From: Thermotogota bacterium | Lineage (GTDB): Bacteria > Bipolaricaulota > Bipolaricaulia > UBA7950 > UBA9294 | Direction: 5' to 3' | Assembly (NCBI GenBank): GCA_039679545.1 | Contig: JBDKUT010000075.1 | Location: forward strand, 1-10,100 | Length of the DNA: 10,100 nucleotides | Part shown: piece by piece, positions 1 through 5,867 of the stretch | Layout: every line of letters begins with the position of its first letter | How positions within the stretch are numbered: position 1 is the stretch's first letter | Translations under genes and position numbers: made by a program | Notes under the pieces: model-generated | Told to the model about the DNA's origin: nothing | What the model saw: only the letters and a program-made list of their open reading frames with translations | The model's database searches: none

Positions 1-549
1 GAAGATACGGCCGACGACGAGGCTGAAGCGATCTTCCAGACAAACAGCATGGGCGTGTTGCGCGTCTGCTGCGCTGTGCTCCCGATCATGCGAGAGCAGG
101 GGACGGGGAGGATCGTCGTCGTCTCATCGATCGCCGGGCGGGTCGCCGTGCCGTTCCAGGGGCTCTACAGTGCGACGAAGTTCGCGGTCGAGGGGCTGTG
201 CGAAGCTCTTCGAATGGAGGTCAAGCGGTTCGGCATTCACGTGACCCTGGTCGAGCCCGGAGACTTTCACACGGGATTCACAGATCGGCGACTTCGCGTC
301 CGCGCCTCGAGGGAGAACGGAGCGTACAGCGAGGCGTGTCGGAGAGCCCTTGAGATTGCGGAGTCCGACGAACGCCGAGCGTCCACCCCGGAGGGTGTGG
401 CTCGTCTTGTCTCGCGAATTCTGTCCCGGCGAGCGCCGCGCCTTCGCTACACCGTCGGCCCCGCCCTTCAGAGGGTCGCCGTACGACTGAAAAGCGTCTT
501 ACCATCCCAAGTGTTTGAATGGGCTCTCGGACTCTACTACCGCGCCTAG
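1..549 (+). CDS. Classical short-chain dehydrogenase/reductase (SDR), 5'-truncated; candidate 3-ketodihydrosphingosine reductase
   Basis: Frame is open from base 1 (EDTADDEAEAIFQTNSMG...), so the ATG at 49 is internal. SDR catalytic elements: helix Asn (FQTN), GRIVVVSS (Ser), YSATK (YxxxK), then VTLVEPG. The TGxxxGIG cofactor motif lies outside the window. Stop TAG 547-549. Substrate is inferred from context only. Confidence 0.92.
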   Translation, partial: EDTADDEAEAIFQTNSMGVLRVCCAVLPIMREQGTGRIVVVSSIAGRVAVPFQGLYSATKFAVEGLCEALRMEVKRFGIHVTLVEPGDFHTGFTDRRLRVRASRENGAYSEACRRALEIAESDERRASTPEGVARLVSRILSRRAPRLRYTVGPALQRVAVRLKSVLPSQVFEWALGLYYRA

Positions 550-589
550 CGGTTGGCGCCACTGCCCAGCGAGCCCCGAGGAGGGCGAA

Positions 590-1813
590 GTGACCGACCT
601 GTTCGAGAAGTGTCGCGCGTTTTTCACCGATCCCGCCTACGCCGAGGCCCTCGGCTATCCGGCGAGTCCCCAGCGTGCCAAGGATCTTGGCGTCTACGCG
701 TTCTTCATTCCACTTGATCAGACCGAAGGAACGGAAGTCACGATTGCCGGGAAGAGGCTCGTCATGCTCGGGTCGAACAACTACCTGGGGCTGACCATGC
801 ACCCCGACGTCCGCCGCGCCGCGCAGGAGGCCGTTCGGTCGTTCGGAACAAGCTGCACGGGCTCCCGCTTTCTGAACGGGACTCTTGCTCTGCACGGAGA
901 ACTGGAGCAGCGGCTCGCGGCCTACGTCGGAAAGGAGAAAGCTCTCGTTTTCACGACGGGATACCAAGCGAACCTCGGCGCGCTGTCCTCACTCGTCGGG
1001 CACGGAGACATCGTGATCTGCGACAAAGAAGATCATGCCAGCATTGTCGACGGATGCCGGCTTTCGCTCGGGAGGATGGTCCGCTTCCGTCACAACGATT
1101 TCGCGGACCTTGATCGCGTTCTCGGGAAGTGTCCGAACGGTGCCGGTCGGCTCGTCGTCGTCGATGGTGTGTTCAGCATGGGGGGTGACATTGCGCTTCT
1201 CCCGGATCTCGTGCGTGTTTGTCGGACTCACGGAGCGCGGTTGATGGTCGACGATGCGCACGGGATCGGTGTTGTCGGAAGAGGGCGGGGAACCTCGGCG
1301 CACTACGGGGTCACGCAGGCGGTGGATCTCATCGTGGGAACGTTCAGCAAGTCGCTCGCCTCGATCGGAGGATTCGTCGCGGGGGACGAGTCGACGATCC
1401 ACTGGATTCAGCACGCGGCGCGCTCGCTGATGTTCAGCGCCAGTCTCCCCGCACCCAACGTCGCGGCTGCTCTGGCGGCGCTTGACGTGATGGAGCGTGA
1501 GCCGGAACGAATCGATCGGGTGAACCGAATCGCCGATCGAATGCGAGACGCCTACCGCGATCTCGGGTTCGACGTCGGCGAGAGTCAAACGCCTATCGTC
1601 CCCATCTTCGTAGGTGACTCCCTCAGAGCGATGCAGGTATGGCGGTCCCTGTTCGACGCCGGCATCTACGTGAATGTGGCGATTCCGCCGGCAGTCCCTC
1701 CGGGCAAGGCCCTGTTGCGGACGAGCTACATGGCCACGCACACCGACGAGCAAATGGAGCGCGTTCTCAACGCTTTCGCGTCGGTCGGGAAGATCCACGG
1801 GCTGATTCCGTAG
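590..1813 (+). CDS. spt: PLP-dependent alpha-oxoamine synthase, serine palmitoyltransferase-like (407 aa)
   Basis: GTG at 590 preceded by GAGGAGG (578-584); the track start at 515 overlaps the SDR and is unlikely. Motifs: GSNNYLGL, GTSCTGSRFLNGT, DHASIVDG, DGVFSM, VDDAHG, GTFSKS (PLP lysine), FSASLP, LLRTSYMATH. GSRFLNGT and GTFSKS match bacterial SPTs as I recall them better than BioF (TFGKA/TLSKA) or Kbl (SVRFICGT, TLGKA). Family is near-certain; serine/acyl specificity is inferred. Confidence 0.8.
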   Translation: MTDLFEKCRAFFTDPAYAEALGYPASPQRAKDLGVYAFFIPLDQTEGTEVTIAGKRLVMLGSNNYLGLTMHPDVRRAAQEAVRSFGTSCTGSRFLNGTLALHGELEQRLAAYVGKEKALVFTTGYQANLGALSSLVGHGDIVICDKEDHASIVDGCRLSLGRMVRFRHNDFADLDRVLGKCPNGAGRLVVVDGVFSMGGDIALLPDLVRVCRTHGARLMVDDAHGIGVVGRGRGTSAHYGVTQAVDLIVGTFSKSLASIGGFVAGDESTIHWIQHAARSLMFSASLPAPNVAAALAALDVMEREPERIDRVNRIADRMRDAYRDLGFDVGESQTPIVPIFVGDSLRAMQVWRSLFDAGIYVNVAIPPAVPPGKALLRTSYMATHTDEQMERVLNAFASVGKIHGLIP

Positions 1814-1827
1814 CGGTTCGCGACGGA
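1807..1827. terminator. Small hairpin at the convergent spt / prsW-like junction
   Basis: TCCGT-A-GCG gtt CGC-G-ACGGA spans the spt stop and the 15-nt gap before the opposing stop. One mismatch and no U-tract, so weak. Confidence 0.25.
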
Positions 1828-1828
1828 T

Positions 1829-2563
1829 CTAGTTCTCGGACGGCGGTCTTGGGGCGATTGTCGGCGGCATCTGTCCCCGTCGCAGACGTCGTGCCGTGTA
1901 GAGGACCCATCCAACCGAGCCGACGAGAACGACGCACGCAACCGCGGGAAAGACGACGCTCCCGGCCTTGGGGGTTGACTCCTCGGCCGCGAGGGCCGTC
2001 GCGATCAGCGAGAAGTCGTAGACTCCGTGAAGGAGGACGGCGGCGCACAGACCCCACAACGCGGGGCCACGCCTTGCTGGTGCTGTACAGGCGAGGGCGG
2101 CGCTGTAGCCGAGAATCGCACCGGTGGCCGCGTTCATGGGGACCGCGGTGACGGCCCGGAGGGTGGCGGTCGCCCATCCTCCCTGGACCACGTAGAGGGC
2201 GTTTTCCAGGGCTCCGAATCCCAACGCGGCGGTGATCCCGTAGATGAAGCCGTCCGTTTCGTCTCGAAAGCTGGTCCGCCGCGCGCTGTACCCGCGAATG
2301 ACGAGAAACTTGAGGAATTCCTCCGGAACGGCCGTGACTGCGAAGGCGGCGATCCCCGCAGCGAGCCAAGGAGAATGGAACGACATCCAGGAGGCGAGAA
2401 GCACGACGGCCATGGCTGGGAGTGCTGCGGCAAGGCCGAGCAGGAACGTGCCGATGAGGATGTTCAGCGATTTGCGCCGTGCCTCGCGGCGGACGAAACA
2501 CCCCACCAAGACTAGAATCGGGAAGGCCGTCAGCGTGCTGGCGAGAAGCAGCCTTCCCCTCAC
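1829..2563 (-). CDS. PrsW-family glutamic-type intramembrane protease (244 aa)
   Basis: GTG start with GGAGG 5 nt upstream. Multiple hydrophobic helices. Motifs PEEFLKF (EExxK), DGFIYG...LGFGALEN (FxxxE), LLHGVYD (HxxxD). The usual third-motif His reads Asn (AVPMNAA). Confidence 0.9.
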   Translation of the reverse strand: MRGRLLLASTLTAFPILVLVGCFVRREARRKSLNILIGTFLLGLAAALPAMAVVLLASWMSFHSPWLAAGIAAFAVTAVPEEFLKFLVIRGYSARRTSFRDETDGFIYGITAALGFGALENALYVVQGGWATATLRAVTAVPMNAATGAILGYSAALACTAPARRGPALWGLCAAVLLHGVYDFSLIATALAAEESTPKAGSVVFPAVACVVLVGSVGWVLYTARRLRRGQMPPTIAPRPPSEN

Positions 2564-2640
2564 CCATTCCTCCCTCCGCCCGCGGGCGTAAGCGGTTCAC
2601 CGCAAGCGGTCGATGTTGCCGCCGTTCTATCCGAACGCAG

Positions 2641-3627
2641 CTATGTTACATCATCCGGGAGGTAGATAGCGAACTTGCACCAAGGATCGCCGTTCAACAC
2701 CGTCTCGATGACCTCAGCTCGCAAGGGCTTTCCGAAGATCACGTCGTACGGCTTCTTGTGAAACGCGGCGCTGCAGTTGCAGAACGTCGCAGGGACTTGC
2801 GTCTCTCCGTTGCGTAGCGACTCGCGTGCCCACGGGCAGTGGCAGTAGAGGTAGGCTTTTTTCTTGGGATCCGCTTCCGCGAGGAACTCGACGGCCATGT
2901 ACGGGATCTTCGCCTCGTAGATCACGTTGCCGATGCGAAGGCCCTGTCGGATCTCCGGGTGAGCCTGCACAAAGGCGATGACCTCGTTCGTAATTGGCTG
3001 GTTAAAGTAGAGGCCCTTCTTGTCGCGGATCTTCTCAAGCTCCGCGATGAACGCGTCACCCTTCTGCGCGAGATAGGCGTCGATTCCTCCAGCAGCTTCG
3101 TAGTTGCTCTTCTCCCCGGCGAACCCCTCGTCGGGCAGGTCGCGCAGTCCGGTTCCGAGGATCTCGGCGCACCGCTTGGGTCCGACACGCTTCTCCAACC
3201 GCTCGACAGCGACGCGCATGGCGCGATGCTTCTCGGTGTTTGGGGTGCCCAGGGGAGGTAAGGCGATCCCGCGGAAGATCCGATCCCGCTCGTCGGTCCC
3301 GAGTTCGCCGGAAAGCTTCGTGAACAGATTTCCAAGGGCTTCGTGACCGTCGATGTACTCGAGGGCCGTGGCGAAGACCTGGTAGTTGCCGGCGAATCGC
3401 CCGCCTCGCGCGATGGTCAAGTACGTCTCCCACGTGTTGGCGTCCTCTTCGATGAGGACCGCCGAGAACGCGTTGACGTCCTTCCTCGTAGCGGACGAAA
3501 GATCGTGTGGAGGCTTTCGCGTCCGGAGGAACGTCTCGAAGCGTTCCACGACCGCGATGGACTCCTCCATTTGCTTCTCGGTGAGCTTGCGTTCGAGCAG
3601 GTAACGGCGGAACCCCTCCCGATCCAT
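2641..3627 (-). CDS. Cys-rich DUF6144/V4R-like protein with a helical N-terminal extension (328 aa)
   Basis: ATG at 3627 (MDREGFRRYL) with AAGGAGG at 3640-3634; the track start at 3774 overlaps the divergent gene. C-terminal YCHCP...TFCNCS...IFGKPLRAEVIETVLNGDPWCKFAI is the pattern I associate with DUF6144/V4R-like domains. Confidence 0.75.
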   Translation of the reverse strand: MDREGFRRYLLERKLTEKQMEESIAVVERFETFLRTRKPPHDLSSATRKDVNAFSAVLIEEDANTWETYLTIARGGRFAGNYQVFATALEYIDGHEALGNLFTKLSGELGTDERDRIFRGIALPPLGTPNTEKHRAMRVAVERLEKRVGPKRCAEILGTGLRDLPDEGFAGEKSNYEAAGGIDAYLAQKGDAFIAELEKIRDKKGLYFNQPITNEVIAFVQAHPEIRQGLRIGNVIYEAKIPYMAVEFLAEADPKKKAYLYCHCPWARESLRNGETQVPATFCNCSAAFHKKPYDVIFGKPLRAEVIETVLNGDPWCKFAIYLPDDVT

Positions 3628-3697
3628 CTGTGCCCTCCTTCGACATGCCGGGGCGAGTTTTTTGTGGAGCACTACGCGTCCGTTCATATACCTTCGT

Positions 3698-3716
3698 GGT
3701 GCAGCGTCTCTGCACC
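3698..3716. promoter_or_regulatory. Perfect 7-bp inverted repeat (GGTGCAG-N5-CTGCACC) in the divergent intergenic region; candidate operator
   Basis: Read directly: GGTGCAG 3698-3704, spacer CGTCT, CTGCACC 3710-3716, between start codons at 3627 (-) and 3764 (+). Function inferred. Confidence 0.4.
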
Positions 3717-3750
3717 GTTGCGGAGCGGCGACGCCGGACGCCTCGTTCGG

Positions 3751-3756
3751 TAGAAT
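3751..3756 (+). promoter_or_regulatory. -10 element TAGAAT positioned for a leaderless transcript
   Basis: TAGAAT (5/6 match to TATAAT) ends 7 nt before the ATG at 3764. No Shine-Dalgarno sequence in between (CCTATTC) and no clear -35. Confidence 0.65.
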
Positions 3757-3763
3757 CCTATTC

Positions 3764-4486
3764 ATGTGCCGCATGCTCGTTGCTCCGCTCGGACTGCCAG
3801 GTCACGCTGTCCTCGAGCCGTTTCGGGCGATGGCCCGCGGGGAGAACCTCGCAAGGAGGCACGGCAACACATGGAACCATCCCCACGGTTGGGGAATCGT
3901 CTACCAGGATGACGGCCGGCTTCGCTGCTATCGAAGCGCGCGCCCGTGCTGGGATGACCCAGACTTCGACGCGTTCAAGAAGGCCCGTGTCTTTCTGCTT
4001 CACGCGCGGCGCAAGACAAACGGCGACGTTTCGAGTGAAAACTCGCACCCGTTCTCCCTTGAAGTCGACGGAAGGACGTGGTTCTTCTGTCACAACGGAA
4101 CGGTTCACGATCCGCTTCCACCTCTTCACGAACGTGCTGGCGCGGATTCAACCGATTCGTACCGGCTCTTCTGCAAGCTTGCCGCGGAAGGACTCGGTGG
4201 AAATCCCGGCGCCGCGCTTCGCTCGGTCTACGGACAACTTCGCGACTTCACGTCGCTGAACACGTTCCTCTTCGAGGAACAAGAGTTGTGGGCGGTCTGT
4301 CGGTGGACAAAGGACGAGGCGTACTACACTCTCCATCTTGCGGAGTCGGAGGCCGGCCCGCTCGTCTCATCGGAGCCGCTCGACGGAGTCGACGTGGCGT
4401 GGACTGCCTTAACCAACGGGTCCGTGTTGCGAATCGATCGACGAACCGGCGCGATCGGCCGGCAGGCCCTTTCGGGGTCTTCCTAG
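3764..4486 (+). CDS. Stand-alone class II glutamine amidotransferase (Ntn hydrolase; YafJ/EgtC/Dug3-like) (240 aa)
   Basis: Begins M-C-R-M, giving the N-terminal nucleophile Cys after Met removal, which fixes the start at 3764. Motifs HPHGWG, LLHARR, ENSHPF, FCHNGTV, STDS, LVSSEPL. Confidence 0.92.
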   Translation: MCRMLVAPLGLPGHAVLEPFRAMARGENLARRHGNTWNHPHGWGIVYQDDGRLRCYRSARPCWDDPDFDAFKKARVFLLHARRKTNGDVSSENSHPFSLEVDGRTWFFCHNGTVHDPLPPLHERAGADSTDSYRLFCKLAAEGLGGNPGAALRSVYGQLRDFTSLNTFLFEEQELWAVCRWTKDEAYYTLHLAESEAGPLVSSEPLDGVDVAWTALTNGSVLRIDRRTGAIGRQALSGSS

Positions 4487-4493
4487 GAGGAAT

Positions 4494-5270
4494 GTGGCGC
4501 GCAAGGAACAGGACGAGCCGGCCCTTCCCTACGTGCCCCGAACCTACCGGCGCGACGAATCGGCGCCCTTCGTCCTTTGGACGTCTCCGTGTGAGACGGG
4601 CGAGCACCGCGCATGCCTTCGCTCGTGGGCCTTCGACGCAATGTCCTTCCTATCCGAGGCCCTTGGATTCCGGCCGTCCCGGCGTCTCCACGTCGTCTCG
4701 TTTCGAACGAACGAGGAGGCGCGACTCTCTCTGGGGCGGGAGGTTCCATCGGCGATGGCCCTCGCACCGTACGCGGGAGAGGCTGACTGCTTGGTGGTCG
4801 TTCAGTCGGCGAGCGTTGATTCACGGAACGCTGACCCTGACCGCATGAGAGGAATCCTCGTGCACGAGATGGCCCACCAACTCATCGCAGAGCGGACTGG
4901 GTCGACGAAGCTGTTGGGGGATGGAAATCGATGTGTGAACGTTTCGACGTGGCTGAATGAAGGACTTGCGGAGCTGCTCCGGTTTCAGTTCCTGCACGAC
5001 GCAGCGAGGATCGAGGGCGCTCTCGGCGAGTTCGAGAGGGCGCGAGACATCCTGACCTGGCGGGACGTCGATGGGCTTCTGGATGATCTCGACGCCGACC
5101 GTCGCGCCGAGGCGTTCGTTCGGGCAACCGGGGCCGTGGCGTGGCTCGCTCGCGAAGCCGGAGTCGTAATGCTGTTCGATCGGCTCGCTGTCGTGGATCA
5201 CGCGGTGGCTCCTAACAGCGGCTGTGCGGTGCCGGCTCTCCGACCTGTCCTTCGTCGTCTCTCCGCGTAG
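4494..5270 (+). CDS. Putative gluzincin (clan MA-like) zinc metallopeptidase, probably cytoplasmic (258 aa)
   Basis: LVHEMAHQ (HExxH) followed by WLNEGLAE (third zinc ligand motif). AGGAGG at 4485-4490 overlaps the upstream stop, suggesting translational coupling. No signal peptide seen. Exact start uncertain because the SD spacing is only 3 nt. Confidence 0.75.
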   Translation: MARKEQDEPALPYVPRTYRRDESAPFVLWTSPCETGEHRACLRSWAFDAMSFLSEALGFRPSRRLHVVSFRTNEEARLSLGREVPSAMALAPYAGEADCLVVVQSASVDSRNADPDRMRGILVHEMAHQLIAERTGSTKLLGDGNRCVNVSTWLNEGLAELLRFQFLHDAARIEGALGEFERARDILTWRDVDGLLDDLDADRRAEAFVRATGAVAWLAREAGVVMLFDRLAVVDHAVAPNSGCAVPALRPVLRRLSA

Positions 5271-5304
5271 CTTCCTTGGGCTGTGCAGTGGCCGCCGGCG
5301 GAGG

Positions 5305-5310
5305 TACGCT
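5305..5310 (+). promoter_or_regulatory. Possible -10 element (TACGCT) upstream of the EamA gene
   Basis: TAnnnT hexamer 39 nt before the ATG in a 79-nt intergenic gap, preceded by GG like the TAGAAT at 3751. No convincing -35. Confidence 0.25.
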
Positions 5311-5349
5311 TCTCCAGAACAACCACGATGGGGAACAGAAAGGAGCGGG

Positions 5350-5775
5350 ATGGGTCCGCAGTGGTTCGCTCTCCTGACAGCGGCGGCGTGGGGCATCGGC
5401 GGGTACTTCGAGAAGAAAGGGCTGGCCATCGGAGGCGTGCCCCCGCAGATCGGCATTGTCGTTCGTACGGGGATCGCCTTTCTCCTTCTCGCGGCAGTCA
5501 GCGCGCCACAGTGGCGAACCCTGACGACCGCAAGCCCGAAGTCCCTTCTGTACATTGCCATTGGTGGGGGCGTCCTGGCAGGAGCTGTCGGGATGCTGTG
5601 CTTCTACGTTGCCCTTCGGAACGGATCGCTCGCTCAGGTCATGCCGATCGCCTTTACGTCGCCCCTGTTCGGCGTTCTGCTCGGGATGATCCTTGGCGGC
5701 GAACCCGTTACGGCGCGCGCGATCGGGGGCATGGCGCTCACGGTCGGAGGCATCGCGCTTCTCTCGGTTCGCTAG
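5350..5775 (+). CDS. Single-domain EamA/DMT-family small membrane transporter (141 aa)
   Basis: ATG at 5350 after AAAGGAG. About five hydrophobic helices. ALLTAAAWG, FYVALRNG...VMPIAFTSPLF and GEPVT...IGG are typical EamA motifs. Confidence 0.9.
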   Translation: MGPQWFALLTAAAWGIGGYFEKKGLAIGGVPPQIGIVVRTGIAFLLLAAVSAPQWRTLTTASPKSLLYIAIGGGVLAGAVGMLCFYVALRNGSLAQVMPIAFTSPLFGVLLGMILGGEPVTARAIGGMALTVGGIALLSVR

Positions 5776-5805
5776 ACCTCGTCAAGCGGCAGGTCTCTCG
5801 ACGGC

Positions 5806-5839
5806 AAACACACGGGGCCCCGTGGGGAGCCCCGCGTGT
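5806..5839 (-). terminator. Intrinsic terminator-like hairpin between the convergent EamA and surface-protein genes
   Basis: Arms 5808-5818 (ACACACGGGGC) and 5829-5839 (GCCCCGCGTGT). On the minus-strand RNA the single mismatch becomes a G-U pair and the stem ends in a short UUU. May act bidirectionally. Confidence 0.65.
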
Positions 5840-5867
5840 GCACAGGCTACCGTACGTTCCGGCTCGG

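Noticed and set aside
590..1813. Annotation as bioF or kbl
   Set aside because: No biotin or tdh genes in the window, and GSRFLNGT/GTFSKS fit SPT-like enzymes better. Not fully excluded without a phylogeny.
278..2600. Long alternative-frame and antisense ORFs (278-967, 989-1798, 1639-2151, 1767-2600)
   Set aside because: Arg/Pro/Gly-rich, motif-free translations overlapping well-supported genes; typical of high-GC DNA.
2641..3627. Integrase or mobile element suggested by the core-binding-like N-terminus
   Set aside because: No R...HxxR...Y catalytic domain, no att-like repeats, no adjacent tRNA and no visible compositional shift.
3645..3663. T6 run (3658-3663) as a plus-strand terminator
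   Set aside because: No convincing stem precedes it and no plus-strand gene ends there.
3628..3774. Apparent head-to-head overlap of ORFs 2641-3774 (-) and 3662-4486 (+)
   Set aside because: Better starts are 3627 (strong SD) and 3764 (Cys2 nucleophile), leaving a 136-bp intergenic region.
3764..4486. Calling the amidotransferase egtC, glmS or purF
   Set aside because: No synthase domain is fused and no ergothioneine genes are nearby; only the family is supported.
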